A stretch of DNA of 64,000 bases, taken from contig NC_086115.1 in NCBI RefSeq assembly GCF_963921235.1, positions 17,546,001-17,610,000 of the forward strand, written 5' to 3'. The translations under genes and the position numbers were made by a program. The notes under the pieces were generated by a model. It was given only the letters and a program-made list of their open reading frames with translations. It had not been told where the DNA came from and did not search any database. The DNA is from Mobula hypostoma (lineage: Eukaryota). Each line of letters starts with the position of its first letter. Position 1 is the first letter of the stretch. This document shows, in pieces, positions 25,175 to 37,051 of this stretch.

Positions 25175-26358
25175 TGGTCACTCAGCCTGAGTCATCATGC
25201 CCACCCTGTTAGTTGAAAAGACGCCACTGCCTTCTCTCAATTCCTCCGTCTCCGCCGCATCTACTCTCGGGATAAGGCTTTTCATTCTAGAACTAAGGAG
25301 ATGTCCTACTTTTTCGAAGAAAGGGGCTTCTCTTTATCCAACATCAACGCTGCCCTCAACCACATCTCTTCCATTTCACGCACGCCGGTTCTCACCCCAT
25401 CCTCCCACAACGTTAGGGTTCCTCTTGTCCTCATCTACCAGCCCACCAGCCTCCGCGTCCAGCACATAATTCTCCGGAACTACCGCCAGCTCCAACGGGA
25501 TTCCACCGCCAAGCGCATCTTTCCCTCCCCCACCCCTAAATTTCTGTTTTCCGAAGGGATCGCTCCCTTGTCCATTTGTCCCTCCCCACTGATCTCCCTC
25601 CCGGCACTTATCCTTGCAAGCGAAACAAGTGCTACACCCGCCCCTACACCTCCTCCCTCACTACCATTCAGGGCCCCAAACAGTCCTTCCAAATGAGGGG
25701 GCACTTCACCTGTGAGTCATCTATTGTATCTGGTGCTCCCGGTGTGGCCTCTTTTGTATCTGTGAGACCCGACGTAGATTGGGAGACAGCTTCACAGAGC
25801 ATCTACGCTTCTTCCGCCTGAAAAAGCAGGACCTCCCAGTGGCCACCCATTTGAATTCCACTTCCCATTCCCATTCCGATATGTCCATCCATGGCCTCCT
25901 CCACTGTCGTGATGAGGTCACACATAGGTTGAAGGAACAACACCTTATAATCCGTTTGGGTAGTCTCCAACCTGATGGCATGAACATCAATTTCTCAAAT
26001 TTCCGATAGTGTCCCCCTTTCACCATTCCCCATCCCCTTTCCCCTCTCTCACCTTATCTCCTTGCCGACCCATCACCTCCCTCTGGTGCTCCTCCCCCCT
26101 TTTCTTTCTTCCAGGGTCTTTCTGTCTCTTACACCAATCTACTTCCCAGCTCTTTACTTCATCCCTCCCCCTCCAGGTTTCACGTCTCACCTGTGTTCCT
26201 CTCTCCCGTCCACCCCACTGCCACATTTTAAATCTACTCCTCAGCTTTTTTTTTTCTCCAGTCCTGCCGAAGAGTTTCGGCCAGAAACAGCGACTATACT
26301 CTTTTCATAGACGCTGCCTGGCCTGTTGAGTTCCTCCAGCATTTTGTGTGTGTTCCCT
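25175..26358 (+). mobile_element. Penelope-like element 3' part (GIY-YIG endonuclease, pLTR)
   Basis: ORF 25301-25696 (VRVPLVLIYQP) and ORF 25779-26009 (FTEHLR...PVATHLNSTSHS...RLGSLQPDGMNINFSNFR). Mutated hammerhead core ctgccga..gaaa at about 26264-26290. Confidence 0.85.
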
Positions 26359-26639
26359 TGTCCTGGTGCAGTTTGGGTTCCACGTACACACAGAGGGTGA
26401 GAAGCTGTAGCCTTTGTTTGAATCTTTGAAGGGGCTTCTCCACAAATTCCAGCAATACCTCAGCCCAACGCTACTTGGGCACCCGGTGCAGAGGGTAGTG
26501 TCGGTTCGGAGAACCTTCTCGTGTGTTGTTGACCGATGGAATAAAACTAATCCTCCTGAAAATGCAAATCTGAACATTCGCTGTTTCTATACAACAATTT
26601 ATGAATAAGGCATCATTTGAAATAGAAAACAAAAGTTCG

Positions 26640-27830
26640 ACACAGTGAAACTCCCTCCACTCCGTCCCATCACACACTCCCGGTGTGAGACACCGAGTGA
26701 AGCTCCCTCCACTCCGTCCCATCACTCACCCCGGGGTCAGACACCGAGTGAAGCTCCCTCCACACCGTCCCATCACTCACTCCCGAGGTCAGACACCGAG
26801 AGAAGCTTCCTCCACACCGTCCCATCACTCACTCCCTGTGTGAGACACCGAGTGAAGCTCCCTCTACACTGTCCCATCACTCACTCCCGCTGTGAGACAC
26901 CGAGTGAAGCTCCCTCCACTCCGTCCCATCACTCACCCCGGGGTCAGACGTCGAGTAAAACTCCCTCCACACAGTCCCATCACTCACCCCGGGGTCAGAA
27001 ATAGAGCAAAGCATCCTCTACACTGTCCCATCAGTCACACCCGGTGTGAGACACCGAGAGAAGCTCCCTCCACACCGTCCCATCACTCACCCGGTGTCAG
27101 ACGCCGAGTAAAGCTCTCTCCAAGACGTCCCATCACTCACTCCCGGTGTGAGACACCGAGTGAAGCTCCCTTCATACCATCCCATCACTCACCCCGTGTC
27201 AGACACAGAGTAAAGCTCCTTCCACTCCGTCCCATCACTCACCCCGGGGTCAGACACCGAGTGAAGCTCCCTCCACTCCATCCCATCACTCACCCCGGTG
27301 TGAGACACCGAGAGAAGTTCCCTCCACAGCGTCCCATCACTCATCCGGTGTCAGACGCCGAATAAAGCTCCCTCCAAGACGTCCCATCACTCACTCCCGG
27401 TGTGAGACACCGAGTGAAGCTCCCTCCATACCATCCCATCACTCACCCCGTGTCAGACACAGAGTAAAACTCACTCCACACCGTCCCATCACTCACCCCG
27501 GGGTCAGAAATAGAACAAAGCACCCTCTACACTGTCCCATCAGTCACTCCCGGCGTGAGACACCGAGTGAAGCTCCCTCCATACCATCCCATCACTCACC
27601 CCGTGTCAGACACAGAGTAAAGCTCCCTCCGCTCCGTCCCATCACTCACTCCCGAGGTCAGACACCGAGAGAAGCTTCCTCCACACCGTCCCATCACTCA
27701 TCCCGGGGGTCAGACACCGAGTAAAGCTTCCTCCATTCCATCCCATCACCCACCCCTACGGTCACATCACACGCCTTGGGGTCAGACACTGAGTGAAGCT
27801 CCCTCCCATCAAAAACTCTTGGGGTCCGAC
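26640..27830. repeat. Minisatellite (about 50-bp units, ccgagtgaagctccctccacaccgtcccatcactcactcccggtgtgagaca)
   Basis: Visible tandem array of the same family and orientation as the CALHM1 intron array. Confidence 0.9.
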
Positions 27831-28814
27831 CTACATGAACCTGTTTCTGAAAACTAACACTCACTTTCTCCTAATAAATACCACTGAGTACCTGCCATGC
27901 TCTGAGAAAACTTTATTTTAAGTTACTGTTATTGCTTTATTTTGCGCAGAATTTGTTGTTTTGCCACTAGACGACAATGGGGTGATAATTTCTTAGATTG
28001 GAACACAGAGAAGTATATCAAAGGAACAACCCCCTCAGTCTACATTTTTAAACCATAAGATACAGGAGCAGAATTAGGCCATCGGCCCTTCGAGTCTGCA
28101 GACGTGGCCCCCTCATTTAGGGAGAGATGTTCTCTGGTGGCCTCATGGGGAAAGGGACGATGTCCCCGAGCTCCGATGTGGCTGGTGAGGTCAGTTGGGC
28201 AAGGGGTGTCGAGGTGCGACGGGCTGGGTTTATTCTGAGGTTTCTCCCTCCCTCGGCGCTTCATGCGGGGTCTCTGGCTTGTCCGCGCCTCCCTTCTGGG
28301 TGACACTGAGGCAGATATCTCCAGGAAAACTGGTGAGGAAGGTATAGTTTTCAGGGAGGCTTTGGGAGTTTCAGGGAGGGTTCTCTGCAGTGTCCGTGTA
28401 GGGGGATGGTGACGTGATCCGTCTGGAGTGCCTGAGGCAGGTCTGAGAGTGGTCGGTCCCGTTGCTGGGAATGAGGATCTTGCTGGGACAGGAATGGTGA
28501 TTTGGATTCTTGTCTCTGAGGCGGGGAGCGTGGAGATAATAGTTCAGGTGAGCAGAGAGAAGAGGCTGAAGGGGGATGGGGGTGTGGAAGCGGGGTCACT
28601 GGGCTGGATGGATCCTTGTGGACTGGGAATCACGATGGGGGGCTGCGCCACGGCAAACATATTCAAGACTGGATCAGACGTCTTCAGCCCGTGGGGGAAC
28701 GGGCAGGACACTGACGCTAGTCGGCTTTGGTGCAGAATCGAAAGGCTGAATGAGTTGCTCTTGTTCTCGTTTTTTTCTAATTCTAGCACTTGACCACCAC
28801 AGCGATGAGCCTCA

Positions 28815-28940
28815 ATGGTACAGCGGCTGGTGATGTTGGCCTCATTGCTCCGGAGACGCGAGTTCGATCCTGGCCCTGGGCGCTGGCGTGTCTGTGTGGA
28901 TTTTGTACGTTCTGCTTGCGGATGTGTAGGCACTGTCGGA
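28815..28940 (+). mobile_element. tRNA-derived SINE head (HE1-like)
   Basis: A/B-box-like ggtacagcgg...gagttcgatcctggccctggg, followed by tgtctgtgtggattttgtacgttc. Confidence 0.55.
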
Positions 28941-29095
28941 CAAATAACTGAATCGTTAAGCCAAAGGGAGCTACCCCTCGCCCCCTTCGCTTTTCTCCCT
29001 TTAGTCCTCCTTTCGCCCCTCGCTCCCGCTCCCTCTCGGAACTCGGAGTCCCACTTGGTCTTGGGGTGAAGGTAGTGGAGGGGCGGAATGGCTTT

Positions 29096-29527
29096 TTAAA
29101 CCCGGGTGTGCCGTGCACCGTTTCCCGACGGGCCCTGAGAGAGCCCTGGGTGCCCAGGGGTCTGCCGGCCATCGTCCTGGATGGCCAGTGGGGGCCTGGA
29201 GTTGTCCCATCGCAGAAGGAGCTGGTTCAGCTGCTCTTTGTTGGTGATGCCGTGTAGAGGCCAGTCCGCCTCCCCCTCCGTCCCCTTCGCACTCTCCTGG
29301 CCTTCTGCTCCCTCCTGTCCCGGTCCGACGAAGAACTCGCGGACGCAGCGCCGAGCGAACGTGTGCGCATGCTCGCAGCACATCTCCTCGAAGATCTTCT
29401 CCTCCAGATCGAGATAGTTACCCCAGTACCAGTTCCGCAGTGGGTTGACTTGTCGAGAGCACGGCCTCAGGGTGCGAGCGAGGAATGCGGCCAGGATCAG
29501 CAGGAAGAGGGTGGTCCATCCCACCGC
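29096..29527 (-). CDS. CALHM3: CALHM3 coding exon 2 (AVGWTTLFLLILAAFLARTLRPCS...YWGNYLDLEEKIFEEMCCEHA...GARHTRV*)
   Basis: Acceptor ctgtgttctcAG at 29528-29530, phase 0. CCEHA and the C-terminal HTxV match CALHM3 (recalled human CCEHA...QHTDV). Confidence 0.92.
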   Translation of the reverse strand, partial: AVGWTTLFLLILAAFLARTLRPCSRQVNPLRNWYWGNYLDLEEKIFEEMCCEHAHTFARRCVREFFVGPGQEGAEGQESAKGTEGEADWPLHGITNKEQLNQLLLRWDNSRPPLAIQDDGRQTPGHPGLSQGPSGNGARHTRV

Positions 29528-29849
29528 CTGAGAACACAGAGGACACAAACACAGTGCCGGAGGAGCAGAGCAGACCCATTGTAACCCGAGCTGTCCCTTC
29601 CGATCCCGCACTCACCCAGTCACCCTCCTGAACCCAATCCCACAGCGGCTGGTCCCTGGACCACCAACCTCGCTATCAGGCACCAGCTGGATGGACAGAA
29701 TGGCCGTCCCGCCTCGAGCTTCCCTGTGAACCGGAAGCAGGAGGGCAGGGTTGGTATAGGGAACTCCCCACCCCTCCGGGCTCCATGCACACTTTCCACT
29801 CTTGTGGCATCAGACAGCGGGCCCCAGACCACAGGGAACATGAGGAGGT

Positions 29850-32800
29850 CCCGAAGAGAGAACACAGGGCGTTAGGTAGAAAGCGCCACCGAGGGTAAGG
29901 ATAGGATGATTTGGAAGATGGCTGAGGAATTGGTGCAGGGGGCAGGAGTTCAAATCTCTGGATCAGTGGAATCTCTTCTGGGGGATGTATAAAAGGACGG
30001 GTTACAGCTGAAGATGAGAGAGACCTATATCCTTGCGGGCAGGTTTGCCGGAGAGTTGGAGAAAGTTTAAACTAAATTGGCAGGGGGATGGGAGCCAGAA
30101 GGATAAGTGTAACACGGGAGCAAAATTGTTAAGAGTGGTGAATACAGGACGGAAGTTGTTATATTTTAATGTATGCAGTATATGGAATTAAGTAGATGAC
30201 CCTGTGGCGCAATTAGAGATTGGCAGATACGATGATGTGGGCATCACTGAGTCTTGGCTGAAAGAAGATCTTAATTTGGGAGCTTAGAATCTAAGGATAC
30301 ACATTCTATCGAGAAGACAAGCAGGTAGATAGAGGGGTGGGGTGGCCCGGTTGGTAAGAAAAAGTGAAATCAAATCCTTTGAAAGAGTTGACATAGGATC
30401 GGAATATGTAGAATCCTTGTGGGTAGAAACTCCAAGGGTAAAAGACATGGATGGGCGTTAAATACAGACCTCCAAATAGTAGCCAAGATGTGGGATACAA
30501 ATTTCAACGGGAGATAGAAATATTAGGATAGTAATGGGAGATTTCAATATGCCAGTAGATTGGGGAAATCAGGCTGTGCTGGTTTCCAAGAGAGGGAATT
30601 TGTAGAATGCCTGCGAGATTGCTTTTTAGAGTAGCTTGAGGCCACTAGGGGAGAAACAATTTTGGATTGGGTGTTGGGTAATGAACGAGATTTGATGTGG
30701 GAGCTTAAGGTAAAGGAACCCTTAAGAAACAGTAATCATAATATGATAGAATTCGCCCTGAGGTTTGAGAGGAAGAAGATAAAGTCAGATATATCGATAT
30801 TATAGTGGAGTAAAGGGAATTACAGGGCATGAGAGAGGAGCTGGTCAAAGTTCATTGGAGAGGGACACTAGCAGGAATGACAACAGAAAACCAATCACTG
30901 GAGTTTCTGGGGGGGAGGGGGGAGAAGGAAGGCACCGGATAGATACATTTCTTAGATTAAGAAATATTCTAAAGGCCACAGTGCCTGACAAGGGTAGTCA
31001 AAGACAGCATAAAAGCAAAAGAGAGGGCATGTAATATTGCAAAAAATAGTGGTAAGTTAGATAATTGAGAAGCTTTTGAAAACTAACTAAAACTCATATG
31101 GACAGAAAGTATGAAATATGAAGGAATGTTAGCCAATAATACAAGAGAAGACATGAAAAGTTTCTTTCAAATATTTAAAGAGTAATAAGAGAGGAGATCT
31201 TGGATATTGAACCACTGGAAAATGATGATAGAGAGTTAGCAATGGGAGACAACAAAATGGCGCGGGAACTTAATAAGTATTTTGTGTCAGTCTGTCAGAA
31301 ATTCGACAGCATCACGGGGCAGAAGTGAGTGTTGTGGCTCTTACTAAGGAGAAGATACTTGAGAAGCTGAAAATCCCGCTGGATTATACCCCAGGGTTCT
31401 GAAAGAGTTAGCTGAAGAGATCGTAGTGGCATCATTAAATGACCTTTCAAGAATCATTAGATTCTAGAATTATTCAGAAGGACTGGAAAATTGGAAATGT
31501 CACTCCACTCTTTAATAAGGGAGGGAGATAGAAGAAAGGAAATTTTAAGACAATTAGACAATCAGTGGTTGGGAAGATGTTGGAGTCAATTATTAAGGAT
31601 GAGGTTTTGAGATACTCGGAGGCATGTGATAGAATAGGTCAAGGTCGGCATGGTTTCCTTATGGGGAAATGTTGCCCGACAGATCTGTTGGAATTCTTTG
31701 AGGAAATAACAGGTAAGATAGACAAAGGGGAGTCGGTGGATGTTGTTTACTTGAATTTTTAGAAGGATTTTGACAAGGTGTCGTACATGAGGCTGCTTAA
31801 CAAGATAAAAGACCATCGTATTACAGGAAAGGTACGACCGGGGAGAGAAGATAAGCTGACTGGCAGGAGGCAAGTAGTGGGAATAAAGCGGGGCCTTTTC
31901 TGGTTGGTTGCCGGTGACTAATGGTGTTCCGCAGGAGTCAGATTTGGGACCACTTCTTTTTACGTTAGATGTGAAAGATTTGGATTAGGCGATTGGTAGC
32001 CTTGTGTGTAAGTTTGCGGATGGTATGAAGATGGGAGGAGGGGCAAGTAGTGTTGAGGAAGCGGGGAATGTGCAGAAGGACTTAAACAGATGGAAAGAAT
32101 AGGCAAAGGGTGGCAGATTGAGTACAATGTACGGAAGTGTACCGTCATGTGCTTTTGTAGAAAGCATAGAGGTGTACGTAATTATGTAAACGGAGAAAAT
32201 TCCGAAATCAGAGCTGCAAAGGGACACGGGAGTCCTCGTGCAGGATTCCCTAAAGGTCAACTTGCACCTTTAGGGTGAGTCAGCGGTAAGGAAAGCAAAG
32301 GTGATGCTTGCGTTCATTTCGAGAGGATTAGAATATAAGAGCGAGGGTATAATACTCATTCTTTATAAGGCAGTGGTCGGACCGCACTTGAAATATTGTG
32401 AGCCGGTTTGGGCCCTTTATCTGAGAAAGGATGTGCTCGCTTGGGAGAAGGTCCACAGCAGATCACGAGAATGATTCCGGGAATGAAAGCGTTTATCGAT
32501 AGTTCTGGGCCTGTACTTGCTGCAGTTCTCATTGAAACCTATCGAATATTGAGACGTCTAGATCAAGTGAATGCAGTGAGAATTTTTCCTGTAGTGGGTG
32601 AGCCTAGGACCGGAGGGTACAGTCACAGACTACTAGAGGGAAGTCTACTTAGAACAGAGATGAGGAGAAATTTCTTTAGCCAGTAGATGGTGAATCGGTG
32701 GAATTCATTGCCGTGGGCGGATGTGGAGGCCAATTCATTGAACTGATTTAAGGTGGAGGTTGAGAGGTTCCTGAGTAGTCGGGGCGTCAAAGGTTACGGG

Positions 32801-32910
32801 AGAAAGTAGGGTAGTGGGTTGGGGCGATAGATAAATCAGTCATGGTGGAATGGCGGAGTCTCCGTATGCCGAAGAACCTGATTCCGCTGCAGTTTCTGGT
32901 CGTACTCTGC
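29850..32910 (+). mobile_element. Long degenerate CR1 LINE (end of ORF1, APE endonuclease, RT, 3' UTR) in the CALHM3 intron
   Basis: Remnants of GITESWL (ggcatcactgagtcttggctg), GDFN (ggagatttcaat), LLEFFEEIT..IDKGESVDVVYL and RTEMRRNFFSQ, with many stops and frameshifts. Confidence 0.88.
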
Positions 32911-33854
32911 CCCATCTGTCCAGCGCTTTAGAGTCGCTTCACGGAAACAAGCCTTTCGGCCCAACTCATTCATGCCGACCAGGTTCTCTACCTGAGCCAG
33001 TCCCTTTTCCACACGTTTGACCGACATCACTCTAAACATTTCCTAACCATAAACTTTCCCAAGTCCCTTTTACATGTCGTTAACGCACCTTCCTTAACCA
33101 ATTCATCCGGCAGCTTACCTATGAAACTCTTGCCGCTTTAAAGCGTTTCCTCCTCACCTTAACTCTGCACCCTCTAGGTTCAGACTAAGGTAAAAGGTGA
33201 AATGTTTCAGGGGAACCTGGGAGCGAGGACCTTCTTCACCCAGAGGGTGGTGCGAGCGTGGGACGAGCTTCCAGCCGAAGTAGTGGATGCAGGTTCGATC
33301 TCATCATTTAAGAGAAGTTTGGTTAAATTCATGGATTGGAGGGCTACGGTCCAAGTGCACGCTGCTGGGCATAATCGTTATGGCCGAAGTACTTGTCCCT
33401 AGGAAGTATTGTTCTGTGACTTCTCTACTCTGGGAAGAAAGGCTGTGACTACCCACCCATCCCTGCTCCTTGCGATTTAATAAACTTCTCTGTTGTCACT
33501 CACAGTCGTTTTTGCTCCGGGGTGTGGGGGGATAGTCCCAGCTTGTCCAGTTGTCCAGTCTCTTCCCCATTCCCCACAACACCACGACCTTCTGCATTCT
33601 CACCAGCCTTCTCTCTAGCCCTCGGCTCCCTGAGCACCGCCCGCCCCCCCCCCCCCGATCTTAAGCTGATCTTAATGTCCAACACTCGGATCGTGTAGAC
33701 TCTGGTCACCGCACCCCTGGCTATCGCTGGACGGCAGAGAAATAAAATGTCCGAGAAGCCAGCTGGACCAGTGGACCAGTGCCGGTATTCACGGGAGTCC
33801 CTCCCCCCGCCCTGCCGTGGCCGGAGCAGTAGGGTGGGAGGCGGCTGGCTTTAC

Positions 33855-34409
33855 CTGGGAGACAGTGCGCAGGTACCGGTAGGCTGCCTTTCTGGAAAAG
33901 GGGGGGTGCCCGGGCAGCAGCACGGAGGCGAGGTCCTTACAGGGAAGCCGGGCCAGGGCGGCGCGCAGCTCGGCCGCAGTGTAGCTGCTAACATTGGCGA
34001 AGCGACCGGGCTCCAGACTGGTAGCGAGGGCGCAGGCGAGGCACTTGCCATCGAGCAGAGCCACGATAAGCCAGGAGGCGGGAGGCAGCGCGGCGCTCCG
34101 CACCACTCCGAGCAGCAGCGACAGCAGAGCACTGCCGTCCCTGGGTCGACTGCCTTCGGGCCTCCGCCACTCCCGCAGCAGCAGAAGCCAGCGTCGGTTC
34201 ACCATGAGGCCGCAGATGAAGAGGGCGACGCAGGGTAGGAGGAGGACCGCCGCCGCGTACGCAGTGTTGTAGCCGGGTAGACACGGGCAGCTAAAGTTGA
34301 GGGCACTGTATAGCCGGACGCTGGCCAGCGCCAAAATCCCACAGATCCCGTTCGTGACCGACTCCGAGTTAGACTGGAGGCTGCGGAGGGCGGAGGTAAG
34401 GCGATCCAT
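33855..34409 (-). CDS. CALHM3: CALHM3 coding exon 1 (MDRLTSALRSLQSNSESVTNGICG...CPCLPGYN...LLDGKC...RYLRTVSQ)
   Basis: ATG in gccATGg context at 34409 and donor GTaaag at 33854. CALHM motifs SES..NGIC, CPC, EWRRP, LLDGKC and PCK are present. Spliced protein is 328 aa. An in-frame upstream ATG lies at 34496. Confidence 0.9.
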
Positions 34410-34509
34410 GGCTCCCGAGCTGCAGCCGGCGCCGGCAATCCCGAGGCAGTGTCCCCCGCCCCCACCCGGCTCCGGGCTGCCGGTCACACGCAGCATCCGA
34501 CGTCACTGA

Positions 34510-34563
34510 GCAGGTGAGGAGCGGGCAGGTGAGGAGCGGGCAGGTGAGGAGCGGGCAGGTGAG
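34510..34563. promoter_or_regulatory. 15-bp tandem repeat (gcaggtgaggagcgg) carrying four CAGGTG E-boxes just 5' of CALHM3
   Basis: The repeat is directly visible. A regulatory role is inference only. Confidence 0.45.
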
Positions 34564-34803
34564 CTGGTCAAAGACCCCAACCAAACAACCTCAGACTTGC
34601 ACTCTTCCCGCCCCTCCCGTTGCGCAGAAGATACAGAAGCCTGAAACATGTATCACCGGGCTCGAGAGCAACTTGCACCTCGCTGTTATAAGACTCTTGA
34701 AAGATAGAATGGACACTCACTTTACGATCCACCTGGTCATGGTCTCGTACTTTATTGGCTACCTACGCTGCAATTTCTCTATAACTGTAACACTTTATTC
34801 TGC

Positions 34804-34982
34804 CACAAACAAGAGAAAATCTGCAGATGCTGGAAATCCAGAGCAACACACTCAAAAATACTGGAGGAACCCAGCCCCAGGCAGCATCTATGGAAAAGGG
34901 GAAACAGTCGACGTTTCGGCCCGAAACCCTTCAGCATAGACGCTGCCTGGCCTGCTGAGTTCCTCCAGCATTGTGTGTGCGT
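34804..34982. mobile_element. Penelope-derived palindromic mini-element with 13-bp TSD, inside a Rex1-like 3' fragment
   Basis: TSD cactttattctgc at 34791-34803 and 34983-34995. Inverted arms are present, with hammerhead remnant ctgaagggtttcgggccgaaacgtcgac on the minus strand. Confidence 0.82.
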
Positions 34983-36054
34983 CACTTTATTCTGCGCGTC
35001 ACTTTGTACTAACTCGATATACCGATGCGATTAAACGATTGGTATGGATGACATTCAAGACAAAGATTCTCACTGTACCTGGGTACGTGATAATAATAAA
35101 CCAAATGACAATTTTTCCCCGGTGCTGAACTCTGTGCGGGGGCCGGAGGGGTCTTGCGGTCTATTGCTCCATAGAAGTGGCTACACAGGTTGACAGAGTG
35201 ATGATAAAGAAGACATGTGGCTTGTGTTAAGCCGCTGAGTTCAAAGGTCAGGAAGCTATGTTGCACCTTTATAAAGCTGGGATCACGTCTGGGGTATTGC
35301 ACACGGTTCTGGTGGCAACATTATACGAAGGATGTCGAGGTTCAGCCGGGTGTGCAGAAGAGGTTTACCAGGATGTTGCTGTTTGGATTAGAGGGTATGT
35401 TGTTTTCATGAGAGCCTGGACAAACGGGTTATTTTCCCGGGAGCGGCGGAGTCTGAAGAGAGCTGGTAGAGGTTTATAGAGTCATAGAGAAATACAGCCC
35501 CGAAACAGACCCTTCGGCCCATCTAATCCATACCGAAACCATTTAAACTGCCCACTCCCAACGACCTGCACCGGGGCCGTAGCCCTCCGTAGCAGCCGTG
35601 CACCGACCCGCGCTTCTCTTACACATTAATATCGAGCTTGCATGCACAGTTCGTGCTGGAAGCTCGTTCCACACTCTCACGCTCCCCAGAGTGAAGCAGT
35701 TTCCCCTCATGTCCCCATTAAGCTTCCCACCTTTCACCTTTAAGCCATGGCCTCTGGTTGTAGTCAACCTTTCATAAGATTATGAGGGGCAGAGATAGCG
35801 GAGACAGCCAGTATCTTTGCCCCAGGGATAAAATGTCTAACACCAGAGCAATTTAAGGTGTTGGGGGAAGGGGGTGCAAATTCAAAGGAGATGTGCTTGG
35901 CAGTTTCTTATACACAGAGAGTGCTGTATGCCCGCAACGCTCTGCCTGGGTTGGCGGTGCAAGCGGAAACAACAGAGACTCCTAGACAGGCAGGTGAATG
36001 TGGACATTGTCAATGTCCATTGAGTAACTGGACGTTAGTTTAAGCATTTTATTG

Positions 36055-36340
36055 AACTAGGTCTTTCAGTACCGATATGCCTGTGAGGGAGTACTGCCGT
36101 CTGGCACAGTCCAGGCTGCCAGATGAACGCCGAGGGACGCGCTGAACCTCAGTTCATGCTAAGACTGGGTGCGGAAGGTCGGCAGTATGAGATGCCGCGA
36201 CCCTCTGAAGGATTTAGGCCCTGCGTGGACGCATCTCAACACTCGCAGTTTGCACTGTGCCAGTAGGCGCCGTGAGTGGCAACGGTGCCTCGGACACAGA
36301 ATGTGCTCACACTATAAACACATTGAACCATCTCTGTGAA
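36055..36340 (+). mobile_element. Tx1-like LINE 3' end fragment
   Basis: gtctttcagtaccgatatgcctgtgagggagtactgccgtctggcacagtccaggctg...gggacgcgctg corresponds to the same C-terminal motif seen at 24090-24220. Confidence 0.55.
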
Positions 36341-36570
36341 TGTAGAGAAAGACATGCACGGACGTTTATATGCACATGAATAGTTTATTCTTGAATTGAA
36401 ACAAAATACACATTTTGCTTCCGCAGATGCTGCCTGAACCACTGAATTATTTTCCCCCCGATGTTTAATTGAAGAATAATGATTTCTCTCCGCGTTATCA
36501 ACAAGTTCTAACTCTCATCTTCCCGCCAACGTTAACCAAGTTACCCCGCTGATTTTTGGCCTCGTTAGAA

Positions 36571-36634
36571 CAAGGGTTCCCAACATTAGGTTAATGGTAG
36601 GGGCCCCTGGCATAACAAAGGTTGGGAACCCCTG
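36571..36634. mobile_element. 64-bp hAT-type MITE
   Basis: TIRs caagggttcccaac / gttgggaacccctg. 8-bp TSD cgttagaa / ggttagaa (7 of 8 identical). Confidence 0.8.
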
Positions 36635-36872
36635 GGTTAGAATGACAGCATCTGCAGATTTCCTCGTGTTTCCAGATTTCATGAAGAACGTTTATACACC
36701 CCTAATGGCACTTCTTTAATTCACGGGGAAGCTGCTTGTTATTTCAACTTTAAAAAAAAAATTGAGAATTTTATATGTGTTTCCCTTTTTTTTAATATCC
36801 CATAATTTAATTCTAGATTTATTTAGTAACAGAAATCTAAATCCCCAGGGTCAGTGGTGGCTTCAAACTGCT

Positions 36873-37051
36873 AACACAAAATACTCTGCAGATGCTGGGG
36901 TCAAAGCCACACTCACAACACGCTGGAGGAACTCAGCAGGTCGGGCAGCATCCGTGGAAACGATCGGTCAGCGTTTCGGGCCGGAACCCTTCGTCAGGAC
37001 CTTTTGACGGATGCTGCCCGACCTGCTGAGTTCCTCCAGCGTGTTGTGAGT
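36873..37051. mobile_element. Penelope-derived palindromic mini-element
   Basis: Direct repeat gtggcttcaaactgct at 36857-36872 and 37052-37067, with inverted arms inside. Hammerhead core ctgacga-agggttccggccc-gaaa on the minus strand. Confidence 0.82.

Noticed and set aside
28815-28890. tRNA gene
   Set aside because: It has A/B-box-like motifs but no cloverleaf, and it continues into SINE body sequence.
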